From Clostridia bacterium (GTDB taxonomy: Bacteria; Bacillota; Clostridia; Christensenellales; CAG-138), in the NCBI GenBank assembly GCA_017416425.1, contig JAFQCL010000036.1:10782-74781 (forward strand): a stretch of DNA of 64,000 nt, given 5' to 3'. A program made the position numbers and the translations under genes. Within the stretch, counting starts at the first letter, position 1. The number at the start of each line of letters is the position of its first letter. The notes under the pieces were generated by a model, which made no database searches, had not been told where the DNA came from, and was given only the letters and a program-made list of their open reading frames with translations. This document shows positions 9,115-18,825 of the stretch, piece by piece.

Positions 9115-10161
9115 TTAGATGAAACGCAGCTCATTCTGATCCTTACCTGCTCTTACCGATATGAGCTGGGCTGCTATGCTGATGGCTATTTCTGCAGGAG
9201 TTTGAGCACCTATATTAAGCCCGATTGGAGAGTATATCCGATTGCAATCCTTTTGAGTGAATCCATCCTCCATAAGTCTATTTCGTGTTGCCACAATCTT
9301 GTGCTTACTGCCTATGCAGCCTATATAGCGTGCTTTTGTTTTAAGGCTAAAACGCAAAACCTCATAATCTGCCTGATGCCCGGGAGTCATTATTACTATG
9401 TAATCCGATTCAGTTATAGGTAGATCGATACTATCATATTTACCGATCATAAGCCTGATCTTATCAGAAAACAAGGGCTCGAGCGCAAGCCTTTCTCTAT
9501 CGTCAAATACTGTCACGTTAAAATCGATTTCGGACAGACGTTTCATAAGCTCAAGCCCTACATGTCCACCACCGAATATATACACGGTTCCGCTTCTTGA
9601 TAACGGCTCTATATATAGCATGTGTTTAAACGTACCTTCTTCCGGTTTATGAAACACCGCTTTACTGCATAATAGCGGAAAAAGCACGTCCAAAGGGAGT
9701 TCCATTCCAGTTAAACCATTATACTTTTCAAAGAGACCCATTTCACAGGCTGCATCCGAATCTTCAAGCTTTGTTATAAGCCATGAATCTTTTCTTCCAT
9801 CAATAGAATCTATTGCAGCTCGAAATAAGCTAATTGCATTTTCATCCCCACTTTTTATATACTGAAAAAACACGGTGACGTTTCCTCCGCATATCATGCC
9901 GATATCAGATATTTCATTTTTCGACAGTATGTAAGAATGCATTTTTGATACCTTTGTGCTGTGAACATCAGTGGCCAGCTTTATAGCATTAAGCTCTACC
10001 GCTCCACCTCCGATAGTTCCAATGGTATTGCCGTCATCAAAAACAGCCATTTTTGCGCCTGCTCCGCGTGGTACCGAGCCCGAGCCTGCGATTATACTGC
10101 ATAAAACTACCGAGTGACCGGTCGTTATTTGATTGATTATTTTGGAAAAGATAGCTCTCAT
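9115..10161 (-). CDS. XdhC/CoxI-family accessory protein
   Basis: The N-terminal XdhC_CoxI pattern is GSGSVPRGAGAKMAVFDDGNTIGTIGGGAVE. The C-terminal Rossmann-like part is IFGGGHVGLEL...MTPGHQADYE. Confidence 0.8.
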   Translation of the reverse strand: MRAIFSKIINQITTGHSVVLCSIIAGSGSVPRGAGAKMAVFDDGNTIGTIGGGAVELNAIKLATDVHSTKVSKMHSYILSKNEISDIGMICGGNVTVFFQYIKSGDENAISLFRAAIDSIDGRKDSWLITKLEDSDAACEMGLFEKYNGLTGMELPLDVLFPLLCSKAVFHKPEEGTFKHMLYIEPLSRSGTVYIFGGGHVGLELMKRLSEIDFNVTVFDDRERLALEPLFSDKIRLMIGKYDSIDLPITESDYIVIMTPGHQADYEVLRFSLKTKARYIGCIGSKHKIVATRNRLMEDGFTQKDCNRIYSPIGLNIGAQTPAEIAISIAAQLISVRAGKDQNELRFI

Positions 10162-10172
10162 ATTCTTTATCC

Positions 10173-11228
10173 TTATTTACTTGATTTACCGACAAGGGCG
10201 TCATATTGTTCTTTTGTAAGCTCAGAATGATAAAAGAGCTCAAAATATTCTGCGGTTTTTTCATACATATCATAATTTGCAGCTTCTGGATAGAGCACAC
10301 TTGTAAGCCACAGCATGCCAAGAAGTCTCTGAGAGGATGGGGGAAAGCCCATCCAATTATATGGCCCAAGCGGAACTTCATAATAATTACCGGCTTTTAT
10401 CGCTGAAATATTTGCCCACAGATCATCTGAAGCTACGTTGTCGTATATGCTGTCAGGTGCGAAAATCACATAATCGGGATCCCATAGCATTATCTGCTCC
10501 ATATCTACTTCATTGCCTGTACCTTTAGATGATGGTGTATCTACCACCGCAAGATTATTGGTGAGCATATCGAGCGCTTCACTATGATATGATCCCTTTG
10601 CGATCACGTTTAGTCCGCTGCTGCCAAGCACATAAAGTACGTTTTTCTTTTTTACACTTGCTGCCATATTAGAAACAAGCTCATATGTATCGTGACAGTA
10701 GCGACTTAAGGTTTGAGCTTTTTCTTTATCGCCTGTAAGCTCACCAAGTATAGTATATGTCTCATCGAATGTAGAAAGTGTCGCATTAATGTGAACAAAG
10801 GGTATGCCTGTTTGCTCGGTAAGCGCATCCATTTCCTTTCCAATGTTGGCCTTCACTTCTCCCACATCAATAACTACATCCGGATCAGCATTTAAAAGCT
10901 CCTCAAAATTCAATTCACCCTTTCCGCCATAAAGTTGTCCTGTTGTTGGAAGGTTATAATATTCGGGTTTTAAATAATGCTCCGCGGATGGATCCCATTT
11001 GGCTGCAATGCCAACAAGCTTATTTGGAGCAAGGGCAAATACCACCATTTGAGCAATTGGGCCTGTTACAGCGATTTTTTCAATTTTGTCCGGCAGTAAA
11101 ATTGTTCTTCCAGTTGAGTCGATAAACTCACGAGTATTGCCACGATCTTCTTGATCTGGCACAGTGCATGAAAATACGCTTAAAATGATCGATAACAGCA
11201 GTAGAATAGTGAGTAGTTGTTTTTTCAT
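10173..11228 (-). CDS. ABC importer substrate-binding lipoprotein (class 8, siderophore/cobalamin type)
   Basis: Signal peptide plus lipobox (LSVFSC). It looks like a FecB/BtuF-like periplasmic-binding fold and overlaps the ATPase gene by 4 nt. Confidence 0.8.
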   Translation of the reverse strand: MKKQLLTILLLLSIILSVFSCTVPDQEDRGNTREFIDSTGRTILLPDKIEKIAVTGPIAQMVVFALAPNKLVGIAAKWDPSAEHYLKPEYYNLPTTGQLYGGKGELNFEELLNADPDVVIDVGEVKANIGKEMDALTEQTGIPFVHINATLSTFDETYTILGELTGDKEKAQTLSRYCHDTYELVSNMAASVKKKNVLYVLGSSGLNVIAKGSYHSEALDMLTNNLAVVDTPSSKGTGNEVDMEQIMLWDPDYVIFAPDSIYDNVASDDLWANISAIKAGNYYEVPLGPYNWMGFPPSSQRLLGMLWLTSVLYPEAANYDMYEKTAEYFELFYHSELTKEQYDALVGKSSK

Positions 11229-11974
11229 TTATAAACACCCCCTAATAAAGTATTACTATCAGCGTCAATATCATAAAGCTTTTTTATCATGTCAGTATTA
11301 ATAACATCATGTGGATCTCCGGCGCATAGAATAGTACCGTTTTTTAAGGCTATGACTTTACTTGCATACATAAGCGCATGCTGTGGGTTGTGCGATGATA
11401 CAATGGCCGTATAGCCATTTTTACACAGTTCCTTAATATGCCCCAGTACCTTTAATTGATTTCCAAAGTCAAGGCTTGATGTAGGCTCGTCAAGAATGAT
11501 CGTATCGCCACCCTGAGCTAGTGCTCTTGCTATCAAAACAAGCTGCTGCTCACCTCCGCTTAATTTGTTATAGCTCTCATTTATAAGATGCCCTATTCCC
11601 AGAGTATCAAGAGCCTTTTTACTTATCTCCTCTTCTTTTTTTTGAGGTATCGAAAATAATGAAAGGGAACTTGCGGTACCCATTAAAACCATATTTAACA
11701 CATTATGTGAAAATATAGCGCTGCTTTTTTGCGGTAAAAAGGCTACCTTTTTAGCAAGCTCACGTTCGGAAAGCATTGAAATGGGGACGCCATCAATGCT
11801 TACAGTACCTTTTTCAGGCTTTAAAAGCTTTAATATGCAACCAAAAAGAGTACTTTTACCGGAGCCGTTTGAACCTAAAATGAATGCAAAATCACCTTTA
11901 TTTATTTGCAGTGAAATATCATGAAGCACACGATTAGAGCCATATGAGAAGGATAAACCACTTATATCTATCAT
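11225..11974 (-). CDS. ABC transporter ATP-binding protein (FecE/FepC type)
   Basis: Walker A GSNGSGKST, signature LSGGEQQ, Walker B IILDEPTS. Confidence 0.9.
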   Translation of the reverse strand: MIDISGLSFSYGSNRVLHDISLQINKGDFAFILGSNGSGKSTLFGCILKLLKPEKGTVSIDGVPISMLSERELAKKVAFLPQKSSAIFSHNVLNMVLMGTASSLSLFSIPQKKEEEISKKALDTLGIGHLINESYNKLSGGEQQLVLIARALAQGGDTIILDEPTSSLDFGNQLKVLGHIKELCKNGYTAIVSSHNPQHALMYASKVIALKNGTILCAGDPHDVINTDMIKKLYDIDADSNTLLGGVYK

Positions 11975-12993
11975 GAATACTTTCTCCTAAGTAAAAGATA
12001 CAGGAAGAAGGGAGCTCCAATGAATGCGGTAAGTATGCCTATGGGTATTTCGGTAGGCAGAAGATTTCGAGAAACATTATCCACAATCAACAAAAACAAT
12101 GCGCCAAGCAGCATTGAAGCAGGCAATAAATAACGGTAGTCATTGCCGATAAGCTTCCTTGCAAGGTGAGGAACCACAAGTCCCACCCAGCCTATCATGC
12201 CGCTTACAGATACCGATGCGGCTGTTATAAGAGTAGCGCAAACTATCACGATCAGACGAAGCTTGTCCGTTGATATACCCATGGTTTTTGCCTCATCATC
12301 GCTTAGCGTAAGAAGGTTTATACGCCATCTAAGCAATATGAGAGGAATGGTTCCGAGCACTATAGGAATGAAGGTAAATAATACATCGTTTAAACTGTTA
12401 CCCGAGAGGCTGCCCATAAGCCAATATGTTATTGCCGGCAACTGGTCGGTAGGATCGGCTACCAGCTTTATATAGGAAACTCCGGCAGAAAAAACAGAAC
12501 CTATCATAATGCCTGCGAGTATAAGGTTGACAGTTCGCTGGCCGGGGGATATTTTTGCTATTAAATATACGGCAAAAATGCTTATTAAGCTGAATAAAAA
12601 TGCCGATGCGGTCAAAAGCTGACTGCCAAGCCCTAAAAGTATAGCAAGCGCGGCGCCAAATGCAGCGCCATTTGAAGCACCAAGTATGTCAGGAGAGGCC
12701 ATTGGGTTATGGAAAATCCCCTGATAACAAGCGCCCGCCGCTGCAAGGCTTGATCCAACAAGACATGCAAGAAGTATCCTCGGAAGGCGTATATTCAGCA
12801 CAGCGGCTTCCATGTTGGCAGTCCAAGTACCTTCGATCGGTATGAATCTTGAAAGAAATATTTTTAATACCTCAGATAAAGGTACGTTTAATCTGCCTAT
12901 GCAAAAGGATATTCCAATAGCTGATAGCAGCAATATAAAAAGCAGCAATATAATAAAGTTCCGGCTTTTTTTAAAAATACGCTTCTTCAGCAT
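11971..12993 (-). CDS. FecCD-family ABC transporter permease
   Basis: 340 aa with about 9-10 TM segments. ASPDILGASNGAAFGA is typical of the FecCD/BtuC family. Confidence 0.9.
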   Translation of the reverse strand: MLKKRIFKKSRNFIILLLFILLLSAIGISFCIGRLNVPLSEVLKIFLSRFIPIEGTWTANMEAAVLNIRLPRILLACLVGSSLAAAGACYQGIFHNPMASPDILGASNGAAFGAALAILLGLGSQLLTASAFLFSLISIFAVYLIAKISPGQRTVNLILAGIMIGSVFSAGVSYIKLVADPTDQLPAITYWLMGSLSGNSLNDVLFTFIPIVLGTIPLILLRWRINLLTLSDDEAKTMGISTDKLRLIVIVCATLITAASVSVSGMIGWVGLVVPHLARKLIGNDYRYLLPASMLLGALFLLIVDNVSRNLLPTEIPIGILTAFIGAPFFLYLLLRRKYS

Positions 12994-13032
12994 TAGATCA
13001 ATTACTCCAATTATAAAAACAGGATATCACAG

Positions 13033-13071
13033 GCAGCTTTGTAAAGGCAAGAGATTGCATTACAAAGCTGC
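13033..13071 (-). terminator. hairpin downstream of glyQS
   Basis: GCAGCTTTGTAA (13033..13044) pairs with TTACAAAGCTGC (13060..13071). On the minus strand a moderately T-rich stretch (CCTGTGATATCCTGTTTTTAT) follows. Confidence 0.5.
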
Positions 13072-13106
13072 ACGAGCAAGTAAGATTCAGATATTAAATG
13101 AATATT

Positions 13107-14498
13107 TTAGAATAAAAGCTTTTCCTTAATATAGGGGATAAGCTCATTAATTCCAATACGAATCTGAGCCATTGTGTCACGATCGCGAATGGTCACGCTG
13201 TCATCCTCTAGCGTGTCAAAATCGATCGTTACACAAAGAGGAGTACCTATCTCATCCTGGCGACGATAGCGCTTTCCTATAGCTCCTGTCTCATCGTAGT
13301 CTACACTAAATTCCTTTGCAAGCATTGCATATATTGACTGAGCTTTTTCGCCCAGCTTTTTCTGCAGCGGCAAAACAGCCACTTTATATGGAGCAAGCGC
13401 AGGATGCAGATGAAGTATGTTGCGAATATCGCCATTTTCAAGTATTTCCTCATCATAGGCATCGCATAGGAAGGCAAGAGCGAGACGTCCGGCTCCAACG
13501 GATGGCTCTATGCAGTATGGAACATACTTTTCGTTTGTAAACGGATCCTGATACTCCATCTTTTCGCCTGAATGATTTGCATGCGAATTAAGGTCGTAAT
13601 CAGTCCTGTCGGCGATGCCCCAAAGCTCGCCCCAACCGAAGGGGAAGAGGTATTCTATATCGGTAGTGCCGTTTGAATAGTGGCAAAGTTCGTCCTGCGC
13701 ATGCTCACGAAGCCTCATATTGTCGGGCCTCATACCAAGATTCAGCAAAAAGTCATGGCAGGCTTTTCTCCAATATTCATACCATTCAATGTCGGTACCG
13801 GGTTCACAGAAGAATTCAAGCTCCATTTGTTCAAATTCTCTGGTTCTGAATATAAAGTTACCGGGCGTGATTTCATTTCTGAAGCTCTTTCCTATCTGAC
13901 CTATTCCAAAAGGCAGCTTTTTCCTCATGGAACGCTGTACATTTTTGAAGTTTACAAAAATTCCCTGGGCGGTTTCCGGCCTTAAATATACCTCGGAGGC
14001 TGTATCCTCATTTACGCCTTGGAATGTTTTGAACATCATATTAAATTTGCGAATAGATGTAAAATCGCTCTTTTTGCATTCCGGACATACGATACCATTA
14101 TTATGAATGTACTCCATCATCTGTTCATTTGTCCAGCCATCAGGGTGTAAATCTGAAAGCCCATTTTCAAACGCATAATCCTCGATCAGTTTATCAGCCC
14201 TAAAGCGCGCCTTGCATGATTTACAATCCATTAAGGGATCATTAAAATTGCTGACGTGACCTGAAGCTACCCATGTTTCGGGATTCATAAGTATAGCGGA
14301 ATCCATTCCGACATTATATGGACTTTCCTGTATGAATTTCTGCCACCATGCGCGCTTTATATTGTTAAGAAAGAGAACGCCCAGTGGACCATAATCCCAA
14401 GTATTGGCAAGTCCGCCGTATATCTCACTGCCCGCAAATATAAATCCACGGTTTTTGCATAATGCTACTATCTTATCCATGGTTACCTTTGTTTCCAT
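13107..14498 (-). CDS. glyQS: glycine--tRNA ligase (alpha2 GlyQS type)
   Basis: 463 aa. Class II motifs include [21 protein letters not shown] and [10 protein letters not shown]-terminus: [23 protein letters not shown]. Confidence 0.95.
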   Translation of the reverse strand: METKVTMDKIVALCKNRGFIFAGSEIYGGLANTWDYGPLGVLFLNNIKRAWWQKFIQESPYNVGMDSAILMNPETWVASGHVSNFNDPLMDCKSCKARFRADKLIEDYAFENGLSDLHPDGWTNEQMMEYIHNNGIVCPECKKSDFTSIRKFNMMFKTFQGVNEDTASEVYLRPETAQGIFVNFKNVQRSMRKKLPFGIGQIGKSFRNEITPGNFIFRTREFEQMELEFFCEPGTDIEWYEYWRKACHDFLLNLGMRPDNMRLREHAQDELCHYSNGTTDIEYLFPFGWGELWGIADRTDYDLNSHANHSGEKMEYQDPFTNEKYVPYCIEPSVGAGRLALAFLCDAYDEEILENGDIRNILHLHPALAPYKVAVLPLQKKLGEKAQSIYAMLAKEFSVDYDETGAIGKRYRRQDEIGTPLCVTIDFDTLEDDSVTIRDRDTMAQIRIGINELIPYIKEKLLF

Positions 14499-14578
14499 CG
14501 ACTTTTATCTCCTTAAAAATACTCATTTTAATATTATCATGGAAAGAAAATTTGTCAACCCTTAACGAAGAAGGCGAT

Positions 14579-16249
14579 TTAATCTGCATCAGGCTGCTTT
14601 AAAAAGTTAATAGTGACGCAGGTTCCGCCTCCAAGCTTACTGTTAAGGGATATTTCGGCCCCATGCAGCAGGGCGGCATGTTTTACAATGGAAAGTCCCA
14701 GCCCCGTTCCACCGGTGTCCCTTGAATGACTTTTATCTACCCGATAAAAGCGCTCAAATATGCGGCCGTGATGCTCAGGCGCTATACCTATGCCGGTATC
14801 CTCGACCGCGAACAATATGTGACTATTTTGCTCCCATAGTGATATTGTAACACTACCTCCAACGATATTATAGGTAATTGCATTGTCACAGAGGTTGAAT
14901 ATCATTTCATACAACGTGTTAGATATACCTTTTATGAAGTAATGCGTGCCCTGGATTTTTAATGTTACCTCATATGCCTTAGCCTTGCTTCGAAGCTGTG
15001 CAATGACGTTTTCTGCGATAACGTATAGGTCAACATCGGTAAATTCGTGACGAAGTCCATCCTCATCCAGGCTTGACAGCTTAATTATATCGTTTATGAG
15101 CGATAGCAGTCTTTTTGCTTCGTTATAAATCTGTTTAGTAAACCTTGGGTGATCCTCAATCCTGGCTATCCCGCTTTGCATTATTTCTGCATACCCCATT
15201 ATTGAAGTGAGCGGCGTCTTAAGCTCGTGGGATACGTTTGCTGAAAACTCACGTCTCATCTGCTCTGATTTTTCGGCAGCCGTTATATCAGAAGCGAATA
15301 AGACCGCAGCAAATCCAGTCGCACGTGATACAGGATTGAATATCAACCTATATATGTGTCCATCCTTAGAAAGCTTTGCTTCGGAACGTACTCCTAAAAA
15401 AGCTGCTTCTGCTGCATGAATAAATTCAACGTTGCTGCATAGTTCAATGTGATCCGTGCCGCTTATGGTTTCAGAAAGCGCAAATAATCTTTTTGCGCTT
15501 AGATTAGCGGATAACACCTTTCGTTCCTGAGAGAATACGATCACCGCTTCGCTCATTCCGTTTGTTATTTCCGAAAACTCTTGCTGGGTCGCTGTTAATT
15601 CCGATATCTGCAACGCTATCCGCTCATTTTGCTTTGCGATCCGTTGTATAAGAGGGGAAAGCTCATCATATGTATTTGATGAGAGGGGATCTTTAATATC
15701 TATTTCGTTCAGAGGAAGTATTATGCGCTTTGTAAGCAGATGTGCTGTAAGAAGAACTATTACAAGCGTGAATATCACTATTACAACTATATAATTTGCT
15801 GTATCATCTATTATACGTGTTATGCTTCTGATGGTTATAGATACACGAAGTACATTTCCATCGTCAAGCTTAACAGCATAGTAGTAAGTACTTTCAGAAA
15901 AAGTACTCGATCTGCGCTCAGATTCTCCTATGCCGTTTTGTAAAGCATCTATTACTTCAGGGCGATCCGCATGGTTATCAAGCTCCTTAGAATCCACGTG
16001 GCTGTCGTATAGTATAGACCCATCACCTGAAATAAGTGTGATCCGTTGTTCGGTATTTACATTGATTTCGTCAAAGCAGCTTATGCCAACTTTATCATAA
16101 AATGAGATGATATAACATGTATCGACCTTTATTTCCTCTTTACGTTCTGACTGAAACTCATGATAAAATATCACCGTGCTTACCGATATAGATACGGCTA
16201 GAGTTAAAAAAGCAACAAGGAAAATACTCCAGAATATTCGTCTTTTCAT
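14579..16249 (-). CDS. membrane sensor histidine kinase
   Basis: Two TM segments. H-box SHELKTPLTSI, N-box LCDNAITY, G-boxes EDTGIGI and GGTGLGLSIV. ATGA overlap with the response regulator gene. Confidence 0.9.
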   Translation of the reverse strand: MKRRIFWSIFLVAFLTLAVSISVSTVIFYHEFQSERKEEIKVDTCYIISFYDKVGISCFDEINVNTEQRITLISGDGSILYDSHVDSKELDNHADRPEVIDALQNGIGESERRSSTFSESTYYYAVKLDDGNVLRVSITIRSITRIIDDTANYIVVIVIFTLVIVLLTAHLLTKRIILPLNEIDIKDPLSSNTYDELSPLIQRIAKQNERIALQISELTATQQEFSEITNGMSEAVIVFSQERKVLSANLSAKRLFALSETISGTDHIELCSNVEFIHAAEAAFLGVRSEAKLSKDGHIYRLIFNPVSRATGFAAVLFASDITAAEKSEQMRREFSANVSHELKTPLTSIMGYAEIMQSGIARIEDHPRFTKQIYNEAKRLLSLINDIIKLSSLDEDGLRHEFTDVDLYVIAENVIAQLRSKAKAYEVTLKIQGTHYFIKGISNTLYEMIFNLCDNAITYNIVGGSVTISLWEQNSHILFAVEDTGIGIAPEHHGRIFERFYRVDKSHSRDTGGTGLGLSIVKHAALLHGAEISLNSKLGGGTCVTINFLKQPDAD

Positions 16250-16917
16250 GAAAGATCACCTATTTTATAGCCAACTCCACGAACGGTTTCAATAATATCA
16301 CCAAAATCCTTAAGCTTAGCGCGAAGTGTTCGTACATGTACATCAACAGTACGAGTTTCGCCGCAAAAATCATAACCCCATACCTTTTCAAGCAGCATAT
16401 CGCGTGTTAAAACGGTACCGGCGTTTTTCATCAAAAGGCGTAATAACTCAAACTCCTTAAGTGTAGTGTCTATTAGCATGCCATTTATCGTTACAGTATG
16501 GGATTTTGCATTAAGTGTTACTCGTCCGCATGTATATACTTCGTCGGGGCTGTTTTCACTTCTTCTAAGTACGGCTTTTACACGTGATATCAGCTCCATC
16601 ATACCAAAAGGCTTTGTAATATAATCATCCGCACCATTATCAAGACCTAAGACCTTATCGTATTCCGTACTTTTGGCTGTGATCATAATGACGGGCAGTT
16701 TTTTTGTTGCCGCACGACCACGCAGCCTTCTTAGTACGGATATCCCATCCTCGCCCGGCATCATAATATCAAGCAAGATAAGTCTTGGAGCTTGAGTTTT
16801 CATAGCTTCAAAAAATGAGCTTGCATTCGAGAAGCCCTTGGCCTTAAATCCTGTGTTGCAGAGCGTATATACGATTAGTTCTCGAATGCTTGAATCGTCC
16901 TCAACCACATAGATCAT
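16246..16917 (-). CDS. OmpR-family response regulator
   Basis: The receiver domain has VVEDD...LILLDIMMPGEDG...MITAK. The winged-helix output domain has RTVDVHVRTLRAKL...VRGVGYKI. The track start at 16944 is TTG, so ATG 16917 (MIYVVEDD) is preferred. Confidence 0.9.
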   Translation of the reverse strand: MIYVVEDDSSIRELIVYTLCNTGFKAKGFSNASSFFEAMKTQAPRLILLDIMMPGEDGISVLRRLRGRAATKKLPVIMITAKSTEYDKVLGLDNGADDYITKPFGMMELISRVKAVLRRSENSPDEVYTCGRVTLNAKSHTVTINGMLIDTTLKEFELLRLLMKNAGTVLTRDMLLEKVWGYDFCGETRTVDVHVRTLRAKLKDFGDIIETVRGVGYKIGDLS

Positions 16918-16993
16918 AACTATTGTACCCCAAAATATTCCCAATTAGTGCTTAAACATTTATTATACTTTTTAAGCCGCAAAAACTCGACCA

Positions 16994-18085
16994 TTATTTA
17001 TCTTCCGTATTCTCATCTTGATAAGAGGAGGTAAGGGGAGGGGGCTGAATATTATTGCTGCCTCTGAGCTTAATTACATCTGCTGCTTTTCGTTTATGCT
17101 CCATATCAAGTGCTGCATAGTGTTTTCTTGTCGTATTTACATCCTTGTGCCCCAGTACTCCTGCGACAAGATATATGTCACCAGTCTCTTCATAGAGCAT
17201 TGTGCCAAATGTGCTTCGTAGCTTATGCGGCGATATCTTTTTTAAAGGGGCAGCAAGTGAAGCATACTTTTTAACAAGTAACTCCACACTTCTTACGGAC
17301 ATACGGCGTCTCTGCATTGACAGAAAAAAAGCAGTTTCATGTCCTTCAAGCGGGATCATTTTTTCACGTTCCGTCAGATAACTCAAAAGAGCATATCTGA
17401 CCTCTTCACCGAATACTACTATATCCTGGTTTCCGCCTTTTCTCAGCACAAGCAATTGATCGTTTTCAAAATCGATATCATCAAAATCTATATTTACAAG
17501 TTCGCTTACTCGAAGTCCGGTACCGAGAAACAGCGTTATCAGGGCAAGATCACGGGAAACGGTATAGGCATGGTACTTTTTTTGCCCCTTTGTCAATTTA
17601 TCACCATTTTCGACTATGCTTAACATCTCCGTTATTTCGTCCATGTTAAGACGAATGATTGGTTTTTCATGTATTTTGGGTGTTTCTATTATACCTGCCG
17701 GATTATTAGTCAGTCTATTCTTTCTTAAAAAGTATTTATAAAGAGATCGTATCGCGGCAAGCTTTCTCGATTTTGCAGAATTTGCATTTGAAAGCTCGCG
17801 TTCATTACTGTTATAAAGGCTAAGATATTCAAGATATATCTCAATATCCGTAACGGTAAGCGTATTTAGATCATCAAGAGTTATATCCATTAAAGAGTCC
17901 TTTTGTATACGTTCTTTTATTAGAAAATTAAAGAAATTTTTTATGTCTTGAAGATAGTTGAGCCTTGTCAGAGGCTCGGTAATATTTGCGATCCCACGTA
18001 TGAATTCTCCTATGAACATAGGAAAATCATGCAAGCTATCTCGAACTCTTTGCAATACTTCTTTATTTGTTATGTCTTTATTCAT
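16994..18085 (-). CDS. tyrosine-type site-specific recombinase (Xer-like)
   Basis: Catalytic residues fit the R...H-x-x-R...H...Y pattern (GLRVSEL, HKLRSTFGT, GHKDVNTTRKHY). Met 18085 is preceded by GAGG at 8 nt. Confidence 0.85.
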   Translation of the reverse strand: MNKDITNKEVLQRVRDSLHDFPMFIGEFIRGIANITEPLTRLNYLQDIKNFFNFLIKERIQKDSLMDITLDDLNTLTVTDIEIYLEYLSLYNSNERELSNANSAKSRKLAAIRSLYKYFLRKNRLTNNPAGIIETPKIHEKPIIRLNMDEITEMLSIVENGDKLTKGQKKYHAYTVSRDLALITLFLGTGLRVSELVNIDFDDIDFENDQLLVLRKGGNQDIVVFGEEVRYALLSYLTEREKMIPLEGHETAFFLSMQRRRMSVRSVELLVKKYASLAAPLKKISPHKLRSTFGTMLYEETGDIYLVAGVLGHKDVNTTRKHYAALDMEHKRKAADVIKLRGSNNIQPPPLTSSYQDENTEDK

Positions 18086-18115
18086 ATAATTTACCTCGAG
18101 GGGAAGTATGGACAA

Positions 18116-18145
18116 CTATTCGCAAAAGACAGATTTTGCGAATAG
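18116..18145. other. perfect 12-bp inverted repeat between rnhA and the recombinase gene
   Basis: CTATTCGCAAAA (18116..18127) and TTTTGCGAATAG (18134..18145) are separated by a 6-nt spacer. No convincing U-tail follows on the minus strand. Confidence 0.4.
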
Positions 18146-18192
18146 TTCTTTAAAATAATAACACAGCTGATTACTTTTGTCTACTCTTAAAA

Positions 18193-18657
18193 CTATAAAA
18201 ATTCAGCGTTTCTTATTTTGTCAATGGCTTGTCTTGCAAGCTCATCACAACGATTGTTAAATTCATTATCTGAATGACCCTTGACCTTATGCCAATTGAT
18301 TTTGTGTGTTTTAGAAAGCTTTATAAGCATTTCCCAAAGGTCTCTATTTTTTACCTCTGATTTATTTGCGGTACGCCAATTATTGGTTTGCCATGTTGAT
18401 ATCCAATCGTTTAAAAAAGCATTGCAAAGATATGCACTATCCGTATATAGCTCAACATTACATGGCTCTTTTAACGCATTAAGGGCATTTATTGCTGCTA
18501 GAAGCTCCATGCGATTATTGGTAGTACTTTTTTCATTCCCGGAGAGTTCTTTTTTTGCGCCATTGTACATCAAAATGCAGCCCCAGCCTCCGACACCCGG
18601 ATTTCCGGAGCATGCACCATCCGTATATATTGTTACTTGCTTCATAATGTTGTTCAT
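18193..18657 (-). CDS. rnhA: ribonuclease HI
   Basis: IYTDGACSGNPGVGGWG, ELYTDSAY and KGHSDNEFNNRCDELA cover the DEDD catalytic residues. Confidence 0.9.
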   Translation of the reverse strand: MNNIMKQVTIYTDGACSGNPGVGGWGCILMYNGAKKELSGNEKSTTNNRMELLAAINALNALKEPCNVELYTDSAYLCNAFLNDWISTWQTNNWRTANKSEVKNRDLWEMLIKLSKTHKINWHKVKGHSDNEFNNRCDELARQAIDKIRNAEFL

Positions 18658-18737
18658 CTGTTATTTAATATAGACATATACTCAGCGGCATATTCAAATG
18701 TGTTTGTAGCGAAAGATCGATTTTCAGTATATTTCAT
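18654..18737 (-). CDS. candidate 27-aa upstream ORF translationally coupled to rnhA
   Basis: GGAG lies 7 nt before ATG 18737. Translation is MKYTENRSFATNTFEYAAEYMSILNNR. Its TGA overlaps the rnhA ATG (ATGA at 18654..18657), and rnhA has no SD of its own. Confidence 0.25.
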   Translation of the reverse strand: MKYTENRSFATNTFEYAAEYMSILNNR

Positions 18738-18761
18738 AAAAATTCTCCAATAAATATATTA

Positions 18762-18798
18762 AAACGTTTGTTTGTTTTTGGTCATTTTGTGATATAAT
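18762..18798 (+). promoter_or_regulatory. lexA promoter with a degenerate LexA (Cheo-like) box
   Basis: Extended -10 TGATATAAT at 18790..18798. AAAC-GTTT-GTTT at 18762..18773 approximates GAAC-N4-GTTC and overlaps the -35 region. Confidence 0.35.
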
Positions 18799-18825
18799 AC
18801 AAGAAAAAGCTACATCGGAGGACTT

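Noticed and set aside
12994-13106. Cobalamin riboswitch upstream of the BtuCDF/FecBCD-like importer (also looked for near kamDE)
   Set aside because: The spacer is short and mostly taken up by the glyQS-downstream hairpin. I saw no B12-box-like sequence.
14499-14578. T-box leader upstream of glyQS
   Set aside because: Only about 80 nt separate glyQS from the upstream kinase gene. That is too short for a T-box, and I saw no T-box core or terminator/antiterminator pair.
16994-18115. Tyrosine recombinase as a marker of a prophage, ICE or genomic island
   Set aside because: It is flanked by rnhA and a two-component system. There are no phage, conjugation or cargo genes, no flanking direct repeats and no tRNA target, so it looks like a chromosomal Xer-type gene.
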